This document shows positions 8,841 to 17,910 of a stretch of DNA of 51,592 nucleotides, one piece after another. The stretch is taken from the IMG/VR virus record IMGVR_UViG_3300043764_000039, positions 1 to 51,592 of that record; one strand, written 5' to 3'. The first letter of the stretch is position 1. Every line of letters begins with the position of its first letter. The stretch is from a virus (Duplodnaviria > Caudoviricetes). A program made the translations under genes and the position numbers. The notes under the pieces are model-generated. The model saw only the letters and a program-made list of their open reading frames with translations. It was not told the DNA's origin and did no database searches.

Positions 8841-9785
8841 ATGGCCGAGAAGGACCGGCGCACCTACGTCCGTGTCCACGACGGGCTGACGGACCACCCG
8901 AAGATCATCGAGGTGGGCGGAGAGGCCGCGTGGCTGTACATCAGCGCGCTCTGCTACTCGTCCCGTCAGCTGACCGACGGCCTGGTTCCGAAGCGGCTGA
9001 TCCGCCGACTGACCGACCTAAGCAACCCTGAAGCACTTGCTTCGGCACTGCTTCGCGTTGGCTTGCTTCACGAGGGCGAGCACGACTGCCCGCGATGCCC
9101 CGTCGGAGGGCCCGACGTGTACGTCGTGCACGACTATTTGGAGCACCAGCGGTCCGCCTCGGAGGTTGCGGAGCTCCGCGAGAAGCGTTCCGCCGCAGGT
9201 CAACGCGGCGGGAAGCGCTCCGGCGAGTCCCGCCGGGCCTCCTCGAAGCGCGAAGCAAACGACGAAGCACTTGCTTCGGATTTGCTGAACCAAACGCGAA
9301 GCAAAACCGAAGCAGAGACAGAGACAGAGACAGAGACAGAGACAGAGAGAGAAGAAGTACTACGTACTTCTTCACGCGCGCGCAGCGGAAGCGGCCCCGA
9401 CGCGCCACCGAGGGCCGACGTTGAGCGCGTCTGCCGGGCCCTCGCCGACGCCGTCGAAGCCAACGGCAGCAAGCGGCCCACGATCACCAAGAAGTGGCGC
9501 GACGCCGCCCGGCTGCTGATCGACAAGGACGGCCGCACCGTCGAGCAAGTCCTGGGCGCCATCGAGTGGTCCCAGAACAACGACTTCTGGCGCTCCAACG
9601 TCCGCTCCATGCCGACCCTGCGCCAGCAGTACGACCAGATGCGCCTCCAAGCGATGCGCAACCAGCCCCACAGCAACCTGCCGGCCACCGCCGGCGCGCA
9701 GGGCCACCTGCCCGGCACCGACAGCCGCGTCGCCGATCACTACGACCTCATGAACGAACTCCTCGCCGAAGGGAGCAGCAGCTGA
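8841..9785 (+). CDS. Replication initiator protein
   Basis: DHPKI...TDG...VHDYLEHQ N-domain, ETET linker, FWRSNVRS C-domain, internal iterons. Confidence 0.8.
   Translation: MAEKDRRTYVRVHDGLTDHPKIIEVGGEAAWLYISALCYSSRQLTDGLVPKRLIRRLTDLSNPEALASALLRVGLLHEGEHDCPRCPVGGPDVYVVHDYLEHQRSASEVAELREKRSAAGQRGGKRSGESRRASSKREANDEALASDLLNQTRSKTEAETETETETETEREEVLRTSSRARSGSGPDAPPRADVERVCRALADAVEANGSKRPTITKKWRDAARLLIDKDGRTVEQVLGAIEWSQNNDFWRSNVRSMPTLRQQYDQMRLQAMRNQPHSNLPATAGAQGHLPGTDSRVADHYDLMNELLAEGSSS
9030..9373. repeat. Probable replication origin: GAAGCA iterons, (CAGAGA)6, palindrome
   Basis: GAAGCACTTGCTTCGG at 9030 and 9264; (CAGAGA)6 at 9313-9348; GAAGAAGTAC-tac-GTACTTCTTC at 9351-9373. Confidence 0.75.
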
Positions 9786-10435
9786 TGGACGCCGTCGAAG
9801 CGACCAAGCTCCTCGCCCACTGCGCCGCGTTCGACAACCGCAAGCCGTCCAAGGCCGCCAGCGTCGCCTGGGCCGAAGCCCTCAAGGACGTCCCCGCCGA
9901 TGTCGACGCCTTCGCCGCAGTTGCCCGCTTCTACTCCAAGCCCAGCCGTGACGGCGACCTCGACGCCACCCGCTGGATCCAGCCCCACCACGTCAAGGCC
10001 CTCCGCAAGGAGATCCGCAACGAACGGGTCCCCGAGGCCGACAGCATCATCTACACCGCCGTCCCGGGCGAGACCGGCGGCCAGTACGTCCAGCGCCGCC
10101 GTGAGCTCGTCACCGCGATCGCCGACGGCCGCGTCGAACCCGCCGTCAACCGGCAGCTCACCGGCGGCCCGCACCCCACCGTCGCCGAAGCGCTCCGGCA
10201 GGTCGGCCAGATGCCCGCCCACCTCCGCGAAGAACTCGCCGACAACGGGATCACCACCCCCCGCGGCCGCTTCCCCGAGATCGCCACCCCCTGCACGAAG
10301 TGCGGCGCCCCGGCCGGCAAGCCCTGCCGCACCCCCAGCGGCAGCGAGATCAAGACCGACACGCACGGCAGCCGCCGCGACGACCACGTCGCCGCCCAGC
10401 GGAACGCCGCCGCCCAGCCCGGAGCCCTCCAGTGA
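9785..10435 (+). CDS. Replication accessory protein with C-terminal Zn finger (helicase-loader position)
   Basis: AAFDNR N-terminus; CTKCGA...C...H. Confidence 0.7.
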   Translation: MDAVEATKLLAHCAAFDNRKPSKAASVAWAEALKDVPADVDAFAAVARFYSKPSRDGDLDATRWIQPHHVKALRKEIRNERVPEADSIIYTAVPGETGGQYVQRRRELVTAIADGRVEPAVNRQLTGGPHPTVAEALRQVGQMPAHLREELADNGITTPRGRFPEIATPCTKCGAPAGKPCRTPSGSEIKTDTHGSRRDDHVAAQRNAAAQPGALQ

Positions 10436-11061
10436 CCACACCCGAGCAGCCCGCCCGGCCGGCCATCGAGGCCAAGCCCACGACGTACGGCGACATCACC
10501 TTCCGGTCCGTCCTCGAAGCGACCTGGGCCGCCAACCTCGACCACTACAAGATCCGCTGGGAGTACGAGCCCGAAACGATCACCCTGCCCTCGGGCACCC
10601 TGTACCTGCCCGACTTCCGGCTGCCGGAGCTCGGCATCTGGCTGGAAGTCAAAGGCACCGGCGTGCCCCGGGTCGAGAAGGCCATCGAGCTCGGCCGGCA
10701 CCTCGCCTGCAAGTGCACCCACCGCTGCACCTGCGAGCGCCCGGGTGGCTACCTGGTGCTCATCGGCCACCCGCCCGAGCGGCACACCCCCGACCCCGAC
10801 GAGCTCGCCACCATGAACTACGCGAGGTGGCGCAACCTCGTCCGCCGCACTCCCGCCAGCCTGACTTGGTCCACCTCGCACGGCCGAAGCGCATGGTTCA
10901 TCCGCTCCTGTCCCGGCTGCGGCCGTGCCGGCTGGATGCAAGGCCGCTGCCGGGCCTGCGGCAACCGCTGCGCCGGGGTCCACGCCTACAACTCCGGCGA
11001 CCCCGAGCTCACGTTCCACCGCGGCGCGGACCTCGCCGGCGGCCTGGTGCTGGACATCTGA
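10432..11061 (+). CDS. PD-(D/E)XK nuclease
   Basis: FRSVLEATWA, WEYEP, YLPDF, WLEVKG. Confidence 0.8.
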   Translation: MTTPEQPARPAIEAKPTTYGDITFRSVLEATWAANLDHYKIRWEYEPETITLPSGTLYLPDFRLPELGIWLEVKGTGVPRVEKAIELGRHLACKCTHRCTCERPGGYLVLIGHPPERHTPDPDELATMNYARWRNLVRRTPASLTWSTSHGRSAWFIRSCPGCGRAGWMQGRCRACGNRCAGVHAYNSGDPELTFHRGADLAGGLVLDI

Positions 11062-11210
11062 CCGCGTCACAGCTGCCCCGGCCGCAACGCCTGGCCACGG
11101 CAACGAGCCCGCTGCCGCCGCTGACGCCCGCTGACGGCCGTCACCCGCCCGCACGCCCCGCACGCCGCCCGGGGCGCCCACAGGCCGCCACACACACCAC
11201 AGGAGCGATC

Positions 11211-11744
11211 GTGACCGACACCACCGCCTGCGCTATCTGCCAGCAGCCAATCCGCCGGGTCGACTGCCCGACCGGCGGATGGTGGAGCCACGAGCAGCAC
11301 CCGGCCGACGACCATGACGCCGAACCGACTGCCCGCGGCCGCTTGCTCGCCGAGCTGGCCGAACCGACCGAGTGGGACGCCGACGTGATCGGCCTGCCCG
11401 AAGCGGAGGCCGCCGAGCTGCTCGACGCCTACCGGGACCAGGTCCTCACCGAGACGATCCGCAGCTTCGCGAGCCTCGCCAACCTCGCGCCGGACAGCTT
11501 GCGGGCGCCGGGCCTCAATTTCGCGATCGGTGTGCTGATGGGCCTGCGCGACTACCCCGCCGCCCGTACCGCCGCCAGTGAGGCGCAGCCGGCGCCGGAG
11601 TGCCGTGCCCCGCACCCGGTCGCGGACCACGCCCGCTGCGGCCTGGCGCCTGGCCACGACGGCTGGCACGCAACCGACGTCGGTGCCTGGCCGAACACCC
11701 AGCTCCCGCCCGCCGTCAACGCGACCCCCGGAGACCCCCGATGA
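11211..11744 (+). CDS. Hypothetical protein
   Basis: SD AGGAG, GTG start. Confidence 0.65.
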   Translation: MTDTTACAICQQPIRRVDCPTGGWWSHEQHPADDHDAEPTARGRLLAELAEPTEWDADVIGLPEAEAAELLDAYRDQVLTETIRSFASLANLAPDSLRAPGLNFAIGVLMGLRDYPAARTAASEAQPAPECRAPHPVADHARCGLAPGHDGWHATDVGAWPNTQLPPAVNATPGDPR

Positions 11745-12280
11745 CCGCCACCCCGCCGCTCACCGACGAGCAGCACGCCGACCTGCGCGCCCGCATCGCC
11801 GAAGCCCTCGCCGCCCGCCCTAACGGTCTCGCGTCCGACGGGCGCGGCTGGTTCCGCGACGACGAGGAGCGCGAGCGCTTCCACGCCGAAGCTGACGCCG
11901 TCCTCGCCGTGGCGCAACCCGAGCTGGACCGGCTGCGCGCCGAGCTGGCCGCCGCCCGTGCCCAGGCCTTCACCGACGGCGCCGCCGAGCTGGACAGCAT
12001 CGCCGACGAGACCGAGGCCCGGGTCGCCGCCTACTACGGCGCGGCGTCCGGGATCGGCCCCGGCAGCGCGGACATGGTCCGCGAGTGCGCCCGCACCCTA
12101 CGCGGCCTCGCCGCCGCCCCGACCGCAACCGTCACCCAGTGCGGCCCCGCCTGCTCCGAACAGCACACCTACGACGGCTGCTGCCAGCTCGGCCCCCACG
12201 CAGGCCGCGAGTGCCCCAACTCGCCCAGCGTGTGCCAGACGCGACGCTGCACCGCCGCCGCCCCGACCGCGACCACCTGA
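11741..12280 (+). CDS. Hypothetical protein, Cys-rich C-terminus
   Basis: ATGA overlap. Confidence 0.65.
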   Translation: MTATPPLTDEQHADLRARIAEALAARPNGLASDGRGWFRDDEERERFHAEADAVLAVAQPELDRLRAELAAARAQAFTDGAAELDSIADETEARVAAYYGAASGIGPGSADMVRECARTLRGLAAAPTATVTQCGPACSEQHTYDGCCQLGPHAGRECPNSPSVCQTRRCTAAAPTATT

Positions 12281-12292
12281 CCGGAGACCACG

Positions 12293-13003
12293 ATGCCCCA
12301 CCCGAAGGCGGACGCCGTGCGCGAGCTGATCGCCGCCGGCCTCACCAACACCGCGATCGGCCGACAGCTCCACATGGAGCGGCAGACCGTCGGCCAGATT
12401 CGCCGCGAACTCGGACTGCCCGACGTGCCCCGGCAGCCGTTGACGGTCGAGGAGAAGTGGCGTCAGCGAACCCGCGAGCTTCCCGGCGGCCACCTGGAGT
12501 GGACCGGCGACCGGTCCACCGGCCCCAGCCACACCCCCGTCCTGCGCCACTCCGGCGCCACCTACACCGCCAGCCGGATCGCCTTCCGGATCCAACACGG
12601 TACCGACCCGTCCGGCCACGCCAAACCCGACTGCGGGCACCCGCAGTGCATCGCCCCCGCCCACCAGTACGACACCGCAAACCGGCAGCCCGTCCACGAG
12701 CCGCGCGCCCGCTACGACAGCGCCGAAGCGAAGCTCGCCGCGCTCACCGAGCCGACCGACGACGGCCACCTCCAGTGGACCGGGCCGACGACCGCCGACG
12801 GCCGGCAACTGCTCGCCTTCGGGGGCGCCAACCACATGGCGGCCCGGGTCGCGTTCGGCACCCGCTGGGGCCGCGAACCCGTCGGCCCCGTCCTGCCGGC
12901 CTGCGACTACCCGCACTGCCTGCTCGGCGACCACCTCGACGACAAGCAGGCCCGCGACGCGTTCCGGGCGATGTTCAGCGGCGTGTTCGGCAGCGCAGCC
13001 TGA
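12293..13003 (+). CDS. HTH protein with two degenerate HNH-like repeats
   Basis: GHLxWTG...RxAF...CxxPxC...H twice. Confidence 0.7.
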   Translation: MPHPKADAVRELIAAGLTNTAIGRQLHMERQTVGQIRRELGLPDVPRQPLTVEEKWRQRTRELPGGHLEWTGDRSTGPSHTPVLRHSGATYTASRIAFRIQHGTDPSGHAKPDCGHPQCIAPAHQYDTANRQPVHEPRARYDSAEAKLAALTEPTDDGHLQWTGPTTADGRQLLAFGGANHMAARVAFGTRWGREPVGPVLPACDYPHCLLGDHLDDKQARDAFRAMFSGVFGSAA

Positions 13004-13060
13004 CGCCCGTCACCGGCCGCCGCACCCCGCGGCGGCCGGCCCAACCACCAAGGAGCCACC

Positions 13061-13321
13061 GTGCCCCGCTTCCGCAAACTCCCCGTGGAGATCAACGCCG
13101 TCCAGCTCACCCGCGAGACCTTTCGCGCAGCCGTCCGCTTCGTGCCCATCGAGCAGTTCGTCGCCGGCGGCGAAGACCAGAACGGCGTCTTCATGGAGAT
13201 CCGCACTCTCGAAGGCACCATGCGGGCCAGCGAGGGCGACTGGATCATCCGGGGTGTCAAGGGCGAGCACTACCCGTGCCGAGACGACATTTTCCGCGAG
13301 ACCTATGAGGCCGCCGAGTGA
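13061..13321 (+). CDS. Conserved small phage protein
   Basis: FRKLPVEINA...TLEG...GDWIIRGVKGE. Confidence 0.85.
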   Translation: MPRFRKLPVEINAVQLTRETFRAAVRFVPIEQFVAGGEDQNGVFMEIRTLEGTMRASEGDWIIRGVKGEHYPCRDDIFRETYEAAE

Positions 13322-13379
13322 CCGCGCCCGAGCCGCCGGCTCCTGACGAGCCCCCGATCCCCTGCTGAGGAGCAGCACC

Positions 13380-13670
13380 ATGCCGCAGAACCCGACCGAC
13401 CAGCTCATGACCGACGCCATCGAGCACGCCCTCTGGCAGGACCTCGCCGACGCCCTCGACCGGATCGAGGCCTGGGGTCTCGACCCGATCGCCGGCCTCG
13501 CCGAAAAGCTCGGCGTCGCCGCGATCCGCGAGATCGACGCCGGCCCGGTCATCCACGGCGGCGGCCGCCGCGAGGGCGGCTACCTGCTGCGCTACCAGCC
13601 GCCGTTCACGCCGGACCCCGAGCGACCCGGAAGCGACTTGCCGTTCGGCTGGCGCGTCACCGCCCGCTGA
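13380..13670 (+). CDS. Hypothetical protein
   Basis: SD GAGGAG. Confidence 0.65.
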   Translation: MPQNPTDQLMTDAIEHALWQDLADALDRIEAWGLDPIAGLAEKLGVAAIREIDAGPVIHGGGRREGGYLLRYQPPFTPDPERPGSDLPFGWRVTAR

Positions 13671-13726
13671 CCACCCACCACCGCCGCCCGGCCGCGTGCC
13701 GGGCGGCCCACCTTCAGGAGACACCG

Positions 13727-14083
13727 ATGACCGACCAGCCCAGCCTCCTCGGCCCGATCACCGACCAGGACGTCACCCGCTGGCAGAACCGGGGCGCCAG
13801 GGCGCTGACCGACCTGCTCGCCGAGGCGTTCCGCGAGAAACTGCCCCCGCTCGTCTGGCGCCTCGGCAGCGGCAGCAGCCTCCACGGCACCGCCGACAGC
13901 CCCACGCTCGACCCGGCCGGCCGCCGGGCCGCCTTCGACCGCTGGGCCCGCCACCTCGCCGCCGTCGTCTGGCCCGAGACCACCGACCCGGCCGGCGGCA
14001 CCCGCCTCCGCGCCAGGGTCGACGACTACCACGGCGTGCACGTCACCATCGCCGCCGACCTGTACGACAGCGACCCGTCATGA
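13727..14083 (+). CDS. Hypothetical protein
   Basis: SD AGGAG. Confidence 0.7.
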   Translation: MTDQPSLLGPITDQDVTRWQNRGARALTDLLAEAFREKLPPLVWRLGSGSSLHGTADSPTLDPAGRRAAFDRWARHLAAVVWPETTDPAGGTRLRARVDDYHGVHVTIAADLYDSDPS

Positions 14084-14262
14084 CGGGCGACCTGGGCGGC
14101 TGGATCGCCCTGCTCACCGTGCCCGCCGTCGTGCTGATTGGCATCGTCCGGGCGGACAAGTGGCTCGACTGGCGCCGCGACCGCAAAGCCATGCGCCGCG
14201 AAGTTGAGCAGGTTCTCGCCGACGCCGAGACCCAGCGTCGCGCCGCCGACGACCCGTCATGA
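14080..14262 (+). CDS. Small single-TM protein
   Basis: ATGA overlaps; flanked by 18-bp direct repeat. Confidence 0.6.
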   Translation: MTGDLGGWIALLTVPAVVLIGIVRADKWLDWRRDRKAMRREVEQVLADAETQRRAADDPS

Positions 14263-14480
14263 CGGGCCGCCAGCCCGCGCAGCTCCATGGCTGGGAGCAG
14301 CGCGCACCCGTCGCCCGCGAGCTCGCCGCCCGCTACCGCAACGGCGAATCCATCCGCACCATCGCCGCCAGCATCGGCCGCTCCTACTGCTACGTCTGGC
14401 ACATGCTCAACCAGGCCGGCGTGCAGTTCCGCGGCCGAGGCGGCGCCCACCCCCGACGCCCGAAAGAGAGCAACCGATGA
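14259..14480 (+). CDS. Small HTH protein
   Basis: YRNGESIRTIAASIGRSYCYV...AGVQFR. Confidence 0.8.
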   Translation: MTGRQPAQLHGWEQRAPVARELAARYRNGESIRTIAASIGRSYCYVWHMLNQAGVQFRGRGGAHPRRPKESNR

Positions 14481-15166
14481 CCGACGCGTACGGGGCGCAG
14501 CTCCGCGCCCAACTCGCCGAAGCCCGGGAACAGCTGGCCGCCGCCGAGGCGGAGCGGGATGGCGCCTACCGGGAGCGCGCCTACCTGCTGGCGTGGCTGG
14601 CCGCCCTGTACCCGGCCGTCCTCGTCCCGGCGCTCGACGTCGACGAGGACGGCTGGCAGATCCTGTACCTCACCGCTGGCGGCCAGCAGCTGTCGTGGCA
14701 CATCCACCCGTCCGAGGCCGAGCTGTTCAAGCGCGTCCCGCGCATTGCGGCCGACGACCCGCGGGCGCAGTGGGACGGCCACAGCACGCCCGAGAAGTAC
14801 GGACGGATCCGGCGCCAGACGACAGCGCTCAACCTGATGACCGGCGGCCACGCGGTCGACCCCGCCACCCGGGCCGGCATCGCCGAGGCCCGCATAGCCG
14901 CCGTCCGGGCGCTCCACTCGCCGGTTCAGCACCAGACCCTGACGATCTGCGACGCGTGCTCGACCAAGCGGTCGACCGGTCCCCGCGGAGCCTGGACCCG
15001 GCACGTCATCGCCCCGTGGCCCTGCGAGACGCTCGCCGCCCTCGACGGCCCCACCGCGGACGGCGAGCCCGAGCAGCCGGCCGCAGTGCCGCCGCCGGCC
15101 CGCGCGTGCCGGCCCGGGTTCTGCCGCCCGTGCCGCACCATCCACGCCCCTGACGGCCCGTCATGA
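14477..15166 (+). CDS. Hypothetical protein
   Basis: AYRER...QLSWH...WDGHST motif set. Confidence 0.75.
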   Translation: MTDAYGAQLRAQLAEAREQLAAAEAERDGAYRERAYLLAWLAALYPAVLVPALDVDEDGWQILYLTAGGQQLSWHIHPSEAELFKRVPRIAADDPRAQWDGHSTPEKYGRIRRQTTALNLMTGGHAVDPATRAGIAEARIAAVRALHSPVQHQTLTICDACSTKRSTGPRGAWTRHVIAPWPCETLAALDGPTADGEPEQPAAVPPPARACRPGFCRPCRTIHAPDGPS

Positions 15167-15285
15167 CGGTCGCCGGCGCCTGGTGGGACGCCTACCGGCC
15201 CGACGAACCCGAGCCGGAGCCAGAGCCCGAGCCCTACCGCCTCATCCGCAACCTGCCCGACATCGCTCGCTACCAGCCCAGCTGA
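15163..15285 (+). CDS. 40-aa protein with (EP)n run
   Basis: MTVAGAWWDAYRPDEPEPEPEPEPY...; ATGA overlap; below ORF-track cutoff. Confidence 0.5.
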   Translation: MTVAGAWWDAYRPDEPEPEPEPEPYRLIRNLPDIARYQPS

Positions 15286-15297
15286 ACGGAACAGCAC

Positions 15298-15552
15298 ATG
15301 CCCCACCCGTCCCGCCGCCCGCGCCTCTACGGCATGCCACTCACCGACCGCGAACTCCAGGTCCTACGGCTCGTCGCCAACGGCCGCGGGAATCCCGCCA
15401 TCGCCGCCGAGCTGTACCTGTCCACGGCCACCGTCAAGAGCCACCTGCAGCGGATCCGGGCCAAGCTCGGCGCCCGTGACCGGGCGCACGCCGCAGCACT
15501 CGGCATGGCACACGGGCTGCTCGAGCGCGGGGACGTCCAGCGGGCCGCGTGA
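15298..15552 (+). CDS. Stand-alone LuxR-type HTH regulator
   Basis: LTDRELQVL...IAAELYLSTATVKSH...KLGARDR. Confidence 0.9.
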   Translation: MPHPSRRPRLYGMPLTDRELQVLRLVANGRGNPAIAAELYLSTATVKSHLQRIRAKLGARDRAHAAALGMAHGLLERGDVQRAA

Positions 15553-15571
15553 CCAACACGAGGAGAGAACC

Positions 15572-15856
15572 ATGTACTTCGCCGACAGACTGAACGCCGA
15601 ACTGCACCGGCTGATCATCGGCGACCGGCCGATCCCCGACGACGAGGAGCCCCAGTTCACCGGGATAGATGGCCTGCTGAATGCTGACGCACCGCAGCAG
15701 AACGCCGACGCCGACGGGCGCCTTGCGGCGGCGGTGGAGCGGCTGTACGCACTCCGTTGGGGGGACCTGCTGCCGCCAGCCTGCCCGGGCCCGTCGTGCC
15801 TGCTGCACGGCATGGAGCACCAGCACACGGGACGGGTGCGCCGTGACGGGCGCTGA
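15572..15856 (+). CDS. Hypothetical protein
   Basis: SD GAGGAG. Confidence 0.6.
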   Translation: MYFADRLNAELHRLIIGDRPIPDDEEPQFTGIDGLLNADAPQQNADADGRLAAAVERLYALRWGDLLPPACPGPSCLLHGMEHQHTGRVRRDGR

Positions 15857-15862
15857 CGGCCG

Positions 15863-16054
15863 TCACAGGCCAGGCAGGGCGTCCTGGTCGACGTCGTAGC
15901 GGCGCGGCGGGTCCTGGTGCTGGCAGCCGGGCCCGCGCCCGACCGCCCGGGACGCGGCGTCACGCAGCGGCCGGTGGCAGTCGGCGCAGCGCACCACCCG
16001 CGGCTCTCCGGCGGGCGGCTCGGGGAGCAGCGCGGGCGCGTCGGGGCCGGTCAT
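15863..16054 (-). CDS. DUF6011-like Zn-binding protein
   Basis: CADCHRPL...S...GRGPGC. Confidence 0.7.
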   Translation of the reverse strand: MTGPDAPALLPEPPAGEPRVVRCADCHRPLRDAASRAVGRGPGCQHQDPPRRYDVDQDALPGL

Positions 16055-16278
16055 CAGGCGTTCTTCGGGCCCTTGCCGTCGCGGATCCGGGCGACGTACT
16101 CGCGGGTCCAGCCGGAGGCGGCCACGACCTCGTTGAGCCGGCCGCGGACGGGGTCTTCGCCGCGCTTCTCGGGGAACACCTGCGGGATCAGCTCGAGGAT
16201 GCGGGCCTTGTCGTCCGCGATCCGCTTGGCGCGCTCCCGGATTTCCTCGATCTTCTCGGCGTCGGTGGGCTCAGTCAT
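16054..16278 (-). CDS. Small putative HTH repressor, probably leaderless
   Basis: LNEVVAASGWTREYVARIR; CATACT 6 nt upstream of ATG. Confidence 0.7.
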   Translation of the reverse strand: MTEPTDAEKIEEIRERAKRIADDKARILELIPQVFPEKRGEDPVRGRLNEVVAASGWTREYVARIRDGKGPKNA

Positions 16279-16302
16279 ACGGCCAGTATGCCATGCGGGT
16301 TT

Positions 16303-16360
16303 GCCAACTCAATGGGCCAACTCTGTTGACATGAGAACTGAGTAGGCCTACTTTATTGGC
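16303..16360. promoter_or_regulatory. Rightward promoter covered by four GCCAAC-N3-GTTGGC-like operators
   Basis: TTGACA (16326-16331)-17bp-TACTTT (16349-16354); operators at 16303, 16316, 16333, 16346. Confidence 0.75.
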
Positions 16361-16399
16361 ATAAAGCCGCGCAGGGCGGCCCCAAGCAAGGAGCACGAG

Positions 16400-16744
16400 A
16401 TGACCGCCGCAGCCCACACCCACTGCCTCCGCTGCGGCCGCGCCCTGAAGAGCGCCAAGTCCACCACCACCGGCTACGGCCCCACCTGCACCCGCAAGGT
16501 CAAGGCCGCCGCCAAGGCCAAGGTCATCGCCGCCCACAAGCCCGCCTTGGTTGCCAAGGCCGAGGAGCTCATCGAGCAGGGCGGCATCGTCCCGATCCGT
16601 GGCCACCGGGTCTTCACCGTCGTCTCCAGCGACGGCAGCACCACCTACAAGACCGCGCCGCAGGGCTGTACCTGCCCGGCCGGCATCAAGGGCCGGTTCG
16701 TCTGCTACCACCGCATCGCCGCCGAGATCGTCGCCGCTGCCTGA
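16400..16744 (+). CDS. DUF6011-like + SWIM Zn-finger protein
   Basis: CLRCGRAL...GYGPTC; CTC...CYH. Confidence 0.8.
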   Translation: MTAAAHTHCLRCGRALKSAKSTTTGYGPTCTRKVKAAAKAKVIAAHKPALVAKAEELIEQGGIVPIRGHRVFTVVSSDGSTTYKTAPQGCTCPAGIKGRFVCYHRIAAEIVAAA

Positions 16745-16790
16745 GCCGCCCGGACCACCCGACCGCCAATCACCCCGCCTGGAGCCCGTC

Positions 16791-16976
16791 ATGACGCCCC
16801 CCGCCACCGCCGAGCAGCTCGTCTGCGAGGCCTGCGACCGCACCGCCGACACCGACGCGTTCCAGGCGTACGAGTTCGGCGAGGTCGACGACTGCGTGTG
16901 TGACGAGTGCCTCGCCGTCCAGGCCGACACCGCGCAGTGGGACCGGTACAACGCCGCCGCCTACTACCACCGCTGA
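16791..16976 (+). CDS. Small Cys4 protein
   Basis: CEAC...CDEC, SD GGAG. Confidence 0.6.
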   Translation: MTPPATAEQLVCEACDRTADTDAFQAYEFGEVDDCVCDECLAVQADTAQWDRYNAAAYYHR

Positions 16977-17000
16977 CCACCAGCGAACAGGGAGAACACC

Positions 17001-17201
17001 ATGCTCAACACCACCATCACCGTCGCGGCCCTCGCCGCCGAACTCCACGTCACCACGCCGGAGATCGCCCGCCGCGTCAGCGTCCTGTGTCGCGAGCTCG
17101 GCCCGCAGCAGGTCGTCCACACCGCCAAGTCCACCGCGCGCACCGTGCTGCACGGCTCGGCCGCCGACCTGATCCGCCTCGACCTCGTCGCCGCCCAGTG
17201 A
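17001..17201 (+). CDS. Small winged-helix-like protein
   Basis: TVAALAAELHVTTPEI; SD GGGAG. Confidence 0.65.
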   Translation: MLNTTITVAALAAELHVTTPEIARRVSVLCRELGPQQVVHTAKSTARTVLHGSAADLIRLDLVAAQ

Positions 17202-17371
17202 CCGGCACCCGGGCCAACGCCGAGCCGTCCGCCTGTGGCCGCTGCGGCATCCCCAAGGGGGAGCACTGGCTGCAGGTCACGGCAACCGGCGTCCACGCGT
17301 ACGAGCAGCCCACGCAGCAGCAGATCAAGGACCGCATGCGGGCCCGACGCGCCGACCGCGGCAACCGCTGA
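17198..17371 (+). CDS. Small CxxC/His protein
   Basis: CGRCGI...H...H...RMRARR. Confidence 0.65.
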   Translation: MTGTRANAEPSACGRCGIPKGEHWLQVTATGVHAYEQPTQQQIKDRMRARRADRGNR

Positions 17372-17426
17372 CGGCCGTCAACGACCGCCGACCGCCCCGA
17401 CCGCCACCAACCCAAGGAGCAGCACC

Positions 17427-17735
17427 ATGACCGACCACCGCGCCGAAGCCCTGCGCCTCATCGCCGAATCCCACGAGATCATCCGCCCGAACGACGAAGG
17501 GCACTGCGAGGCCGACCGACTGCTCGCCGAAGCCCAGGTCCACGCCACCCTCGCGCTCTCCGCCCCGACCGTGGAGACGCCGAAGGGCGATGACCTGCTC
17601 GTCGTCCTGCTCGACTCCATCGCCTCCTTCCAGCAGACGGCACGGCTCGCCAGCCTGCAGCACGCGCAGATGCGCCGCTACCTCGCCGAGCACCTCCTCA
17701 ACTCGCTGACCGCGGCTGGTGTCAGCGGCTACTGA
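17427..17735 (+). CDS. Hypothetical protein
   Basis: SD AAGGAG; EAQVHATLAL. Confidence 0.7.
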   Translation: MTDHRAEALRLIAESHEIIRPNDEGHCEADRLLAEAQVHATLALSAPTVETPKGDDLLVVLLDSIASFQQTARLASLQHAQMRRYLAEHLLNSLTAAGVSGY

Positions 17736-17910
17736 CCCCGACGTGACGCCCGTCAACGCCCGCTGAGCTGCGGCGACTTGACCGTCACGCAATCCCCTGA
17801 CGTACCGTCGCAAACCCTGCTATTCTGCCCAAACAACCGCAAAAAGAACGGGCCCACCAAGGAGACTCGAACTCTCCCGGCGGGCCCTGACCACAGGAGA
17901 CCTACCTCCC

